A stretch of DNA of 64,000 nt from Lama guanicoe (Eukaryota), in assembly GCA_013239625.1 (NCBI GenBank), contig MU054001.1:372001-436000 (forward strand). Reading direction: 5' to 3'. Below the pieces are notes generated by a model. The model made no database searches. It was not told the origin of the DNA and saw nothing but the letters and a program-made list of their open reading frames with translations. Below are positions 12,205 through 24,072 of this stretch, in pieces. A program made the translations under genes and the position numbers. The stretch's first letter is position 1, and each line of letters starts with the position of its first letter.

Positions 12205-12578
12205 CAAACAATTCCAACATTTCAGTGGCTTAAAACAACAGATGTTTACTTCTCCCCGACACAACATGTCTATTACCTGTTGTCTGGGGGCTCTGTTCTG
12301 TTGCATCTTCCCTCCAGGATCCAGGCTAACGGAGCAGCCTCCACTTGGAATGGTGCTTGTCACTGTGGGGAAGAAGAAAAGTGAGCTTTGGAGGGCTTCA
12401 TGCCAGCAATTAAATGCTTAGCCCAGAAGTGACATATGTGACTTCCACTGCCAACTTTTTGGCCAGGACTAGTTACATTGTTCTACCCAATCACAGAGAA
12501 GCAGAAAGTACAATCCGACCATATACTTAAAATGGAAAGGGCCAGAAATATTTGGGGAACGGCACGATAACTACCACA
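12205..12578 (-). mobile_element. MaLR LTR (MLT1I/J-like)
   Basis: tcagtggcttaaaacaac...gcccagaagtgacat...acttccact...ttggccaggactagtt; similar to the copy at 39270-39657. Confidence 0.7.
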
Positions 12579-12899
12579 GTTTTGTGGTCCCTGCCTCCAG
12601 ACCCACCTCCAGTGGTCTTCCGAGGAGTAAAGCAAGGTAATTCAATGGAAGATGAGACAACAATATCAGAACCCCTATATCCACTCTTACAAATAATAAG
12701 GTAAAAGATTAGTTCTCTGTCATGTAATAGAAGGGCAGAGGTAAGCCATCCGGAGCTTGTGTGATGCTCCACAGTGCAAACCTCTAGGGTCCTTTCACCT
12801 CCATGCTCTGCTACCAGGGGTCCACCTAAAGGTTCAGGAAGGATGTTCAAGTTCCAGCCATTGTGTTCATATTCAAGCCAGGGGGAAAGAACATCTATT

Positions 12900-13110
12900 T
12901 TTTTTAAAAAATTAAGAGATTTATGGAGCTATAGTTCACGTTGGTATATAATTCATGCATTTAAAGTGTATAATTCAATGTTTGCAATATATTCATAGGT
13001 ATGTGCAACCTTTATCATAGTCAATTAATTTCAGAACATTTTTGTCACCTCAAAAAGGCACTCTGTGTACTTTAGCTGCCACTCATACCCTTAAACTCCT
13101 CCAGCCCTTG
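12900..13110 (-). mobile_element. L1 3' end (L1MB/MC-like)
   Basis: tttaaagtgtataattcaatg...tgtgcaacc...atttcagaacattttt. Confidence 0.75.
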
Positions 13111-13239
13111 CTGCTTGCTTAGACGCATGCAAGCTTAAAAAATATTGAGAAAGTCTACCAGCGAGGTGAATTCATATCCTTATGTAACCTAAGCACAGCA
13201 GTGACATCCCATCGCATCCCAAGCGATCACCTTTGCCAT

Positions 13240-14215
13240 TTTCTTCCTTTTTTTTTAGTTCAACTTTTACTTTTCATAACTTTACATGTGAATTGCAGGT
13301 TCACATGCAGTTGTAAGAAATAATACAAAGAGATCACAGGGACCCTTTAGCCAATTTCCCCCAATGGCAACATTTTACAATATCACAAGTAGGACACTGA
13401 CGTTATGCAGTCAAGATAAACATTCCATCATCACAGGATCCCTCATATTGCCTTCAGTAGCTGTACTGCATCTCTCCCATCTCCACCCTCCCTGTAAGCA
13501 CTGGCAACCATTAATCTCTTCCCTGTTTCTATACTTTTGTCACTTTACGAATGTTACATAGTTGTAATCATATATTATATACATACATTTAAAAATTTCC
13601 TTTTTTTTAAAACAAGCTTCTTCAGGGATCAGGCTAAATTCATAGATAATATTCCAAAAGGGACACAGTGACACATTTTCTTTGTCACATTGGTCTGCTT
13701 TAAATAAATAGTGAACTTTTTCATTTACAAAAACTCATTCCAGCTTACTGAATTAGATTAGAGTCCCTGGAAACTGACTCTGGGGCAGAGGCTAGTGTAT
13801 AAATGGTCCATTGGAGTTTGGTCCCAGTAGATACCCCTGTAGAGAAGTGAGGAAGGCAATACTGGGCAGGAGGAGATGCTGCCCCAAGGTGCGGTTCCAG
13901 CTGACGTCTCAGCTCATCTTACGGGGAGCTCTGAAATCAGATGGTTTTTCAGAGTTTTCCCAAATTAAGGAAGGAGACTGGACCTGTATGTTTCCATTCT
14001 AGGTCCTTTGATCCTTCCTATACATTTCAGAATCAGCTTGTAGATTCCTACAAAGAATCCTGCTGGGATTTTGATTTGAATTGCATTTAATCTACAAATC
14101 AATTTGGTAGGAATTGACACACTGAGACTATTGGATCTTTGAATCATTAAACATGGTTATTTGGTCTTCTTTGATTTCTTTCATCAGTGTTTTATAGTTT
14201 TCAGCATACAGATCT
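13240..14215 (-). mobile_element. L1MC-like insertion: 3' end (13240-13620) plus ORF2 remnant (14000-14213), flanked by a 13-bp TSD
   Basis: ORF 13965-14147(-) reads KLICRLNAIQIKIPAGFF..KLILKCI..KGPR, homologous to L1 ORF2 (KLIYRFNAIPIKIP); tcacctttgccat at 13227-13239 and 14216-14228. Confidence 0.8.
13760..13998 (-). mobile_element. ERVL LTR fragment (LTR16C-like)
   Basis: gactctggggcagag...gtgaggaaggca...ctcagctcatcttacggggagctctg...ttcagagttttccc. Confidence 0.65.
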
Positions 14216-14809
14216 TCACCTTTGCCATATTCTATCGTTTAGAAGCACAGCAGAAGTCCCTCCCACACTTCAGGGAAGTGGATCACACAAGAGTATGAAT
14301 ACCAGGAGACAGAGATCATTGGAGACCAAGTTAGAGTCTGCTGGCTATCGTCTCTGGGTGGTGGTGATTCTCAGAACTTCCTGGCTAAGAGTACCCTGGT
14401 GTTCAGGGGCCCCAGTGCTCTGAGAATAAGCCTCGTTGTGGTCCAGAAGGAAAGTAGATGAGTGGGAGGAGGGAGCTCAGTGTGTGTACTTGACCAGGTC
14501 CTAACCTCCCTCCCACCTGGGCTCTCCCAGTGTCCCATGGTGCTATTCTTTGTACATACTCCATGCTCTCCTGCTGTTCCCAGGGATGAGCCTTCAGCCT
14601 GGAATTAGATCACCCACTTTCTCCATCTATCAACAATCTGACACCTATTCAGAGCCTGCTCAAAGACCATCTCTTCCAGGAAGGATTCACTGAATTCCTG
14701 GTAGAATCAAGCTCTCCACTGGACTTCTACTATATGCTGATCATACCCCAGGCCTGAGACATTTCATTCTGTCTTTTTTTAATCATTTGTGCATGAATCA
14801 ATTACATTC

Positions 14810-15130
14810 TCTCTGATGTGACAGTAGACCAGTTCAAGTAAAAAATGTATTTTATTGGCTCATAAAATAGAAAAGTTTAGGGGGTAGACTGACTTTGGAC
14901 ACAGTTGGATTCAAGGAATCAAACAGTGTTTTTAGGACCCGGTCTCTCTCCATCATCTGCTCCACTCTTCTCTTTGGGCCCTTCTTCATAGGCTCTCAGG
15001 GGCAGCAAGGTGCTTCCCATGGTCCTAAGCCAACTAAATCTACCTCCAACTAAAAGAGGGAGGGCCCTTTTCTGCCCATAGAAGGCCCTGGCTTACAGCT
15101 CACATCTCTGACTAAACCGTGTGTCCATCC
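14810..15130 (-). mobile_element. MaLR LTR (MLT1K-like)
   Basis: tttattggctcataaaatagaaaagt...gactttggacacagttggattcaagg...tcaaaca. Confidence 0.6.
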
Positions 15131-15259
15131 TTGCACCAATCAGGGAGGCCAGGTGACATGGCAGGAATCAAGGTGAGGCTAGTTTCCATGGAGAAATCCA
15201 TTACATTGGAACCAGAAATAGACATGGATGCTGAAGCCCGACCATGTCCAGACCTGTTA

Positions 15260-15390
15260 CACCCCCAGACTGTGAACTCCTGGAGGACAGAAACTGTGTC
15301 CCTTCCTCTTTTATGTTCCAACACTTGGCTCAGGGCTTGGCACATACTTAGACTCCAAGTGTTGAGTCGATGTTTATCCAATGAATAGAT
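15260..15390 (+). mobile_element. L2 LINE 3' end
   Basis: agactgtgaactcctggaggacagaaactgtgtc...cttggcacata...aatgaatagatg. Confidence 0.75.
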
Positions 15391-15417
15391 GCGTGTGCAG
15401 CCATGTGGAATAGAATA

Positions 15418-15660
15418 GGAGTAGGCCAGCAAAACATTCCCACAAAGGGCCAGATAGTAAATATTTCCTGCTTTGGAATCTGCCTGTTGTAGCAGAAAAC
15501 AGCCACAGACCACATAGAGGGATGCGGCTGTGCTCTAATAAAACTTTATTTATGCACACTGACCTCTGAATTTCATGTAAGTTTCACGTGCGTGTCAGGA
15601 AATAGACCAGGCTCACTGGTATACAACAAGTAGCGGTAAGCTATGGTTTGCTACCTCTCA
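15418..15660 (+). mobile_element. MER58 (hAT-Charlie; MER58B-like)
   Basis: aaagggccagatagtaaatattt...ggctgtgctctaataaaactttattta...tgaatttcat. Confidence 0.8.
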
Positions 15661-15769
15661 GAGAAGAGATGAGCGCAGGACAGTAGACAAAGAACAATCC
15701 ACCTCGGGTGTCACATCCTCCTGCAGTGTCACACCTTGCCAAGCTGACTTTGTGTGAGGCCCATTGTTG

Positions 15770-16750
15770 TGCCATCAACACGTGAAAAGGTAACATTTAA
15801 TTTAGGTCGCGCATCTGGAGCGGGCAAGGCGCCTTCATCAGGCGGTATTTAAATTTCTACATTCCACACCAGTGCCCCTAAAATTGTTAAACTGCGTCGC
15901 CCTTGCAGCTTTATTAAACCTCGCCCCTGTTCCAGCCATGCTTGACGAACAAACGAGCAGAGTTCCCTCCGAGTTGAGTAGATCTGCGGGCGGGGATCTC
16001 GGCTCCTTCCCAGCCGCTCCTGGGAAGCCAGCACTGTCCCAGCGCACCCCCCACCCCCTCCTGGCCCTTTGTGCGGGGAGCCTGGCGCCCAGCAATTGTG
16101 TCTCTAATCAACTGCCTCTAAGCAGGTGAGCATTTATCTCAGTCAGTTACCCCTTATAATTACTGTATTGAACCTAGTTGTCTATAAAATGAATGGTTTG
16201 TTCAGACACTTTACCCAAAGAGTTCATTAGGGGTTAAACAAAATGCAATCCCATTTGCAAAGAGTATAATAAATTGTTTCATCTGTGAATTTAGCTGTTC
16301 TCCCTAATGCAGACATGGGTGTTACAGTGGCTTTCCCTTGATAGGGTTATGGGTTAATGAAATGCCTTTTCTGTTGCTTATTTTCCTCTCTTCTGTGCTG
16401 AGTGATAAGTAGCTAACCAACGAAGCTTGTAATTACAATCTTACAGAAACCGGGCCGATCTGTATATAAATCTCACCATCCAATTACAAGATGTAATAAT
16501 TTTGCACTCAAGCTGGTAATGAGGTCTAATACTCGTGCATGCGATAATCCCCTCTGGATGCTGGCTTGATCAGATGTTGGCTTTGTAATTAGACGGGCAG
16601 AAAATCATTATTTCATGTTCAGGAAAAAATTAGGTTGGTGGGAAGTTAATTTTCTCACCGCTCTCTGAAGCGTAGACAAGAATTTAATGATTTAATCATG
16701 ATTGTTAGCTCTTTTGCAATCAATTTGTAATGATTGTGTAGCAACTCTCT
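15770..16750. promoter_or_regulatory. Strong candidate deeply conserved non-coding element (developmental enhancer)
   Basis: ~1 kb repeat-free; CpG-retaining 5' half, AT-rich 3' half with palindrome ttgtaattacaa 16427-16438, repeated TGTAAT/ATTACA, TAATCC 16545-16550, CACTCAAG 16505-16512, TGATTTAAT 16688-16696. Confidence 0.7.
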
Positions 16751-17589
16751 TCAAGGGAAGCTGCTTTGGAGAGGAGTTTGCAAACAGCCATCCAGTGGGG
16801 GCTGGCCTTCGAGGGACACGTGACACCAGGCCATTAAAGCTGCCTTCAGCGTGACTGACAGGATGAGGGGAGGCCCAGCCTTCCAGCTTGCAGATGTGCG
16901 CCCCTCCCAGGCGGGTCTGAGGAGGTAGAGCATCTTAGCACCATGGGCTGCCAGAGATTCCATCCTCAAGGAATGGATGCAGGCTCCTTAACTGCCCAAG
17001 CCCAGGGAATAATTTTGTTGATGTCATGCACCGTAGATCTCGGTTTACAAACTCAAGTGTGCAAACAAGAGCACATTCTTTCATTTTCTTTAAATTTACT
17101 GAATTCTAACTTGGAGACTCATGCTGCTTCGTTGGTGGGAGCTGAAACTCACAGATAAATTGAGTTCACCATCTGACCTCTAGAGAAAGGGAGACATCTT
17201 GGATTGTGTACAGTGCAAAGGCCCCTCCTGTCTCAGCGTGCATGGTCCCTTCAGGCTCCAAGGCTCCTCAGCTCCCCTTCCAGGCATAAGACGCAAGAAC
17301 CCTTGGGGAGGCTGAGAGCCGCGGGCCCTAAGGTCTGGCTTCCAAAGCTGGGTCAGGGAAGCAGCTAGGCCCTGTGAGGTTTCACATCCGTGGGGAACAG
17401 GAGCCAGGTCATGACTTACAGCAGTTTCCCTGCCCAGGTCTCAGGCCAGCTCACTGTTTCCCAAGTTCAGGCTCCTCTGAGGTGCCGCCAGCTCCCCCCA
17501 GTAACCCTATCTCATAAGTTTGCCTTTTTCAAAGGATCACAAGAGCCTTTAACTTCGGGCAGCTTCTGTTTGCAGCCCAGCTGAAACTC

Positions 17590-17775
17590 CTGAGGCTGAG
17601 AATTACAAAGCCTGCCTACCTGCTTGAAGGAGAAGACAGAGGGAGAGCAAACTCTAATTAATATTTCAATAAATTATCCTCCTGTATTGACACAGACCGC
17701 CTCCTGTGTGTTCACTCGATGATTTATTTTCTGAGTGCCCCAAACACATTTTCCCTCCCGATATTGGATGGTGTG
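17590..17775. promoter_or_regulatory. Candidate small conserved element
   Basis: ctctaattaatatttcaataaattat, TGACA, TGATTTAT 17720-17727. Confidence 0.35.
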
Positions 17776-17920
17776 ATTATCACTTGGAGGTGTCTGGTTG
17801 TCCCATCCAATTCAATTCTAGAAGTTTTTATTATGCTCTACCCAGATGCTTAAGACTGAGCCGGGGAAATCCTGTGTGTTTGAGGGGGAGGGCAGTGATA
17901 AACAGTGTTATCATTTATTA

Positions 17921-18419
17921 CTGCATTTTATTGAAGTTCATTGAGGCCATCAATTGTAAAATGCATCATTATTTTATGTACTAAGAAAGCAAAAAGTTAT
18001 TGCTGAAGAAGATACATATAGTGCTTCTTCAATCCCTTAGAATTTTTATTTTGTACTTACTGAAAGTCTCTTTCATACTCATATAAACAGATTTTTTAAA
18101 ATCATAGATCACTCACTTGCATACATAAAAAGAAAATGTAAGTGAAATAAACTGGCAAAGTTATTCCTGAACTATCTTAATATTCAGAGACCAGATATTC
18201 TGAGCTCAGTGTCATTGATGTCTGTGTTTTCTTAAAAGAAGGCTGCACTATTGTCTTTGGGAATTTCTTCTAAGCAATGACACTTTGGTGCAAATTTTGA
18301 TGCCTGTGTGCTAGTAACGCCAGTAATATCAGGATTGCTCCTGGCCAACATCAATCTTAATCTCAATGATGTTAAGATGCGTAACAAAAAATGCTCATCT
18401 CAAGACTGATGAAATACAT
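17921..18419. mobile_element. TcMar-Tc2 DNA transposon (Kanga1/MER104 family)
   Basis: Left end ctgcattttattgaa...gccatcaattgtaaaatgcatcattattttatgtac, right end catctcaagactgatgaaatacat; flanked by TA at 17919-17920 and 18420-18421. Confidence 0.65.
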
Positions 18420-19079
18420 TAAGTATCTGGTGTTGGACAAAACAACCAGGGCAGGTGGAGTGAAGACAGAGAGAGCCTGAGGCAGGCTGTGGTGAGAGGC
18501 AAAGAGAAAGCTCTGGTCCGGGTGAACATGTTTTCAACAGAGTAAGAGATGAGCTCAGCTATGCAGCTGGCAGGGTGGGTAGGGCTGAACTCCGAGTTCC
18601 GGAAGCTCAGAGTCACTCTAAAGCCTCCTTAGGGGATAAAGAAGATGGCTAGACCCCTTGAGTGCTCCTGGCTAGTCCTAGCAACAGAGGAAGCCCAGAG
18701 GAAATGAGGAGGAAGCTGATGCCTCTAGGATTCAGGGCACTTGAATCAAATATGGTATCAGAGTGGGTACCACCAAATGGTGCACTAAACTTTCCACTCC
18801 AGGCAGGTGGATTTCCTGGCTACACATGCTCGTTCTCTCTATGAGGCCCTGTCCAGGCTGTTTATTCCACTTGGATACCTTTGTGCATATGGTTACTTGT
18901 CTTTCTGCAAGTACTGCCCTGATGCCTTATATCATCCTTAGGGAGTAATTTGGCTTGAGGTATTGCCCCCTATTAAAATTTAAGTTCCTTGAGAGGCTTT
19001 TCAACTTGCATTTCACTGTCTCTCACTCTCAGTGCCTGGTAGCCCTGTGCTTGTTTTTTATTTCCTTGTTTTTGTATGG

Positions 19080-19200
19080 TCCCTCTCACCACAGGACCTT
19101 TGCACATGCTTACCCTACTACCACAGCATTTCTTTCTTTCCCTGCTCATCCTTCAGGCTTTGGCTCGAGCACTATCTTCTCAGGGAAGGTTTTCCTGTAG
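19080..19200 (+). mobile_element. L2 fragment
   Basis: caggacctttgcacatgct...tcatccttcagg...tcttctcagggaaggttttcctg. Confidence 0.65.
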
Positions 19201-19814
19201 TCTAAGCAGATCACACTTTTCACTTAAGGGTCTCCCTAGGCCACATGACTTTCCCACTTATATATAAATGATGAATGTGTGAATGGATCATACATAGATG
19301 GATGAATAAATTAGAGCATGGGTGATAAACATAAGAGGCAATTCTGGGAATAATAGGAAGCAATCTTGACTCCTGCTGAGGGTGGAGTTGCCCTCCCACC
19401 AGGCTTGGGTGACAGTGAACTTTACATATGACACTTAGATCACAGAGTGCCTAGTGAGCCCTTGGAAAAACTATGATGAATGTCATTGATTTGAACTATT
19501 CCTCTTTCATCCAGGCATTGCCAGTCTAAATTCCAGTCATAGAGTATTTTGTCTCTGAAAAACTGCCTCCCCTAACTCTAGACCTCATGATCATATTCTG
19601 CCTGGTTTTGTCTCCTGATGACTCCGGACTCACTCATCTGGACTCTGCAGCTGCCCTTGGAGCCCCCAAGAGGGCAGGAAGGGACTAGACCCTTCTTCCA
19701 CCTCGTAGCTACATATGCCATCCTTGGAGGCAGGTAGACAGCCTTCCAAGATTGTTCCATGTCTTCCCTGGGCTTCAGTTTTCTCTCCAATTGTTGGTTT
19801 CACTTTTCTTCTTT

Positions 19815-20640
19815 GAAATTTTTTAAAAATTGTGTTAAAATATACATCACATAAAATGTACCATCTTTATCACTTTTAAGTGTATAGTTCAGTGGCACTA
19901 ATTACATTCTCATTGTGCAGCCATCACCACCATCCATCCACAGAACAGTTTTCATCTTGCAAAACTGAAACTTCGTCCCCATTAAATAATAACTCCCCAT
20001 TCCCCACTGGCCTCTAGGAATCACCATTCTACTTTCTGTCTCTATGAATTTGACTCCTCTAGATGCCTCACCTAAGTGGAATTATACAGTATCTGTCCTT
20101 TTGTGCTAGCTTATTTCACTTAGCATAAAGTCCATCTATGAGGTAACGTGCCAGAATTTCTTCCCTTTTTAAGGCTAAATAATATTCCATTGTTTAGATA
20201 GACCACATTTTGTTTATCCATTCATCCATTGATGGACATTTGGGTTACTTTCACCTTTTGGCTATTGTGAACAATGCTACTATGAACATAAGTTTTCTTT
20301 TCTTCTTCTTTTTTTCTCTTAATGGAGGTGCTGGGGATTGAACCCAGGACCTCATGCACACCAAGCATGCACCCTACTGCTGAGCTATATCTCTGACTCC
20401 TTTTTAAATTAGAGAAAAAAAATTTAGCAAATATTTCTTTAAGACTGTGCTTTTAATTCTTTCGTGCATATACCCAGAAGTGGAACTTGCTACCTTGTTG
20501 TTCTTCATAGTGGCTGCGTCATGTTACACTCCCACCAGCAGTGGACAAGAGTTTCAGTATTTCTATATCCTTGTCAATGCTGGTTATTTTCTGTCTTTTT
20601 TTTTCTTTTAACAGTAGCCATCGTACTGGGTGTGAGGTGT
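19815..20640 (-). mobile_element. L1MB-like 3' end, interrupted by a camelid SINE
   Basis: ttttaagtgtatagttcagtggca...caccattctactttctgtctctatgaatttgact...aggctaaataatattccattgt...ccaccagcagtggacaagagtt. Confidence 0.9.
20293..20400 (-). mobile_element. Camelid tRNA-derived SINE (Vic-1 type)
   Basis: Reverse complement reads tatagctcagcagtagggtgcatgcttggtgtgcatgaggtcctgggttcaatccccagcacctccatt followed by an A-rich tail. Confidence 0.85.
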
Positions 20641-20799
20641 AATTTTTCTTTGTGACCCCAAAAGCCCCTCTTCCAATTCTTCCCAGTGATGGAGGGATTT
20701 ACCTTTCAGTGAAATTCAGCAAATAACACTGAAGTGCCTTCTCCAGGCAAAGAGCTCTGTCAAGGGTGCTGGAGGTGGGGCGGGGGAGTGAATAAGAGT

Positions 20800-20990
20800 G
20801 TGGACTCTGCCTGTAAATCCCCACCTGCTGCCACTTCCTAGCTCTCCCCGTCACTTCCCTGCTCTAAGCCTCAGTCTCCTTACCTACAGGATGGAAATGA
20901 CAACAATGGGGTCCATTTCACAGGCTCCTTGTGAGGATTAATTTATTTAATATATAGAGAGAGACCAGCATAGTCTGGCATGTTCCTGTT
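20800..20990 (+). mobile_element. MIR SINE
   Basis: gccacttcctagct...ctctaagcctcagtctcct...tgtgaggattaa. Confidence 0.7.
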
Positions 20991-22149
20991 CTTTTTATTT
21001 AAATTATTCTTACTTGCTACACAGAAGAGGCATAGCAGGACACATTTCCACTTACTAGAAGGAACTAAAAGGACCCTCCCTGAGCACCCAGGCCCCCTGC
21101 TGCCCTGTCCCAGGGTCTTATCTCACCTAGAAAGGTATGACCCAGGTATCATCAGGACTCCCTCTGGGAGATGGGGGTATAGATTTCCTCTTTCTACTTT
21201 TTTCCATTTTACAAGCTTGAAAAAGTGGACATAATTCTTTTATAATCACAGATAACTGTTACAATAATAATGACATTTAAAATGAGCACAGACTTCTAGC
21301 TAAAGATAATAAAGTCATTTTTCTGCCCTTATCTCCCTTAAAGTCCACATAAAGCAGCCACGAGTAAGTAAAAATAGAGATCAACTTGGATCTTGATGGA
21401 ACCAGGACAAGTCTACATCCCCAGACCATCATCTCTCTTGTATCTGGAACAAAGCACAGCAGGTGGAGAAAGTGGCCAGGTCCCTCCTCACACTTCAGGC
21501 GGGATACGAAGATAAGGTTTGGCCTCCTGAATTAGAGGAGGGTGATTGAAGAGACCAGAAGTGAGGATGGGGTGTCCGGAGAGATGTGGAGGCATACCTG
21601 TGCAGGTCCCACTGGACGTGGATGGAAGGGGAGGGGACATGGTGGAGAACTCATGGGGACAGGCAGTTTCTCTTCTCTGGGAACCAACCTCCCAGCAAGG
21701 GAGACCATGGGAGGTGAGATGAGGTGAAAGATGATTAAGTGGTGACCCGTGAGCTTAGCACAGAAAGACTGGGACAGTTATACCTCCCTCTCCATCATGG
21801 AAAACTGAGGTGCCCTCTGCCCCGGAACACAGCAAGTAGACTTGGGGAGAAAATACCTGAGACTTCATCTCTGAACTAAAGCGTGGGCTTTCCCAGCTCA
21901 TTCTCCGACCCCCACCCCTCCATACCTCCTGCATCCAGCATCTCAAGAGGAGGGATAGTCAGAGGAGTCAGCACACGCCCTAGGTACACAAACTGAAACA
22001 CTTAAAAAAAAATCAGGAAGGAGGAAAGAAATAAAAGCAAAAGCCACTGAAGAGTGTGCAGCACAGAAAAAGAATTTACTCAGCATCACAGAGGGAGTTG
22101 GACAAAGGGTTATCTGAAGACTCAAAGAAATTACACACGGTGCGGTCTT

Positions 22150-22850
22150 TCTACAAACGGAACTCAGAGAGTTGATGAAAGGCAAGCTAGCAAAAAAAGG
22201 GAAAGCAGAAGCCAGGCAGAATTGAACACCACACTGAAAACAACAACCAACAAAATAAACATGGCCAAAAATTCAGCTGGGGGGTGGCGAACAGGGCAGA
22301 GAAAATCATAGGGGTGGAATGGAAGAGAATGCAAAATTCAAAATATCCAAATACAGAAGACGATCAACACAGAAGACAAAGGAGATCAAACACACATGTC
22401 AACAGTGGACTTGAAGGTGAGAACAGAATGGCACATAAATAAATACTCCAAAATACAGCGCAGAAAATCTTTGTGAAATCAAATTTTAACTGTACGTTGA
22501 ATGGGAATAGGAAAAATGGTGTAGAAAAATTGGTGAGATTCCTAAAGTTCCAGAAACAACCAAGCAAACAAAAAAGAGAGCCCTGTCAGTATCTAGAGCA
22601 GAAGATACTGGGGGAAGAAAGTCAAGTACGAGGGGAAAAAATTGGACAGACATCAAACTTCTCCACAGAAGTTCGCAATTCATAAGACAATGGAGCAAGG
22701 TTTAGGCTCTGATATGAAAACATAAAAGCTTCAAGTTTATGCCCCAGCAAGCTACCACTCAAGTATAAAAACAACCCATTTTCAAGGTATATAAGAACTC
22801 GTGTAGGACCTTTGGCCCCTTCTTGGAAATTAAAAACAGAAAGGAAGAAA
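22150..22850 (+). mobile_element. Old L1/HAL1 ORF1 remnant
   Basis: A-rich sense strand; agacatcaaacttctccacag...aagacaatggagcaa...tatgccccagcaagcta is typical of the L1 ORF1 3' region. Confidence 0.6.
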
Positions 22851-23068
22851 GAAATGCTTAATGAAATTCAGCCAGCCTCGAGATGAATCAAACAAAGTTA
22901 AGGATTCTGATGTGAGAAGTAATAGAAAGGCCTGGGAGAGGTGTGATATACCCCATTTTGATACATAAACTCAGATTAAAGAACAAGTATGGGTTGTGGG
23001 TACAGAACAGTGCACATGGTATTAACCTAAACTATAAAAATAATAACTAAAAAAAAAAAAATCAGTGG

Positions 23069-23464
23069 TGTATTAGTTTGCTAAGGCTGCCGTGACCAAG
23101 CGCCACCAACTGGGTGGTTTAAACAACAGAAATGTATTGTCTCCCACTTCTGGAGGCTGGAAGTCCGAGATCAAGGTGTCAGCGGGGCTGGTTCTTTCTG
23201 AGGGCTTCTGGTGGTTTGCTGGCAATCTGGGGTTCTATCTCTGCCTTTACCTTCACATGGTATTCCCCCTGTGTGTGTCTGTCTCTGCGTCCAAATTTCT
23301 TCTCAAAAGGACACCAGTCACTTTGGATCAAGTTTCACTCTGTTGATCTCATTTTAACTTGATTTCCTCTGCGAAGATCCTATTTCTAAATAGGTCACAT
23401 TCAGATGTACTTGGGGTTAAGATTTCACCACATGGATTTTGGGGGATGTATTCAACCCTCAACA
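23069..23464 (-). mobile_element. MaLR solo LTR (MLT1B/C-like)
   Basis: tgtattagtttgctaaggctgcc...ttctggaggctggaagtccgagatcaaggtg...aaggacaccagtca...ttcaaccctcaaca. Confidence 0.9.
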
Positions 23465-23839
23465 AGTAAAGAGAAGGAGAAATTGGAAGAAGGAAAAAGT
23501 ATACAGACATTTCTACAGTTAATAGATACTATGTAAAGTTGGAGTTTGAAGCTTAAGAAATAAAACAAATCCAACCTTTTAATGTTTTGGTAAATTTTTT
23601 TTCCTTAACTTTAACTTGGTCTTGGAACAAATAGGTCTTGAAGCAAATGAACAGTTAGCTAAAAGGGTAGCAACTCTTTCCGATTTGCTTCTTTTTTTCC
23701 CCCTGTTACATTAAGTTAAAATAAATTTCTTTTAATTGAGACAAAATTTGTAATTTAAAAAATGTGTTTTAAATGTCAAGGGAGAACACAACTCCACAAT
23801 GGAGAATTCTAGCGTACTCTAGAAGGTGTTCCATTAGAG

Positions 23840-24072
23840 CACTGGTTCTTAACCAATGGTTCTCCAACCTGGGGTGGCGTGGGGGACACTTAGCCATGTC
23901 TGAATCATTTTCAATTGTCGCGATTTAGTCATGAGTGAGGTGCTATTGGAATCTAGTGGGTGGAGACCAGGGATGCTGTAAACAGCCTACAGTGTGCAGG
24001 GCAGCTTCTCCCCTCCCCCAACAAAGAGTTATTCAGTCTGAAATGTCGACAGAGCCATGGTTGAGGAATCCT
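23840..24072 (+). mobile_element. MER20 (hAT-Charlie)
   Basis: atctagtgggtggagaccagggatgctgtaaacagcctacagtg...caacaaagagttatt...aaatgtc...ggttgaggaa. Confidence 0.85.

Larger units (their letters stand above)
13150..14350 (-). mobile_element. MLT1F-like LTR split by an L1 insertion
   Basis: gtgacatccc...tcacctttgccat before 13240, resuming tcacctttgccatattctat...atgaataccaggag...tcattgg at 14216. Confidence 0.7.

Noticed and set aside
13965..14147. ORF with real protein homology
   Set aside because: Decayed L1 ORF2 fragment, not a host gene
15872..16129. 85-aa ORF with a signal-peptide-like N-terminus
   Set aside because: Starts at GTG, no recognisable family or exon structure; lies within the candidate enhancer
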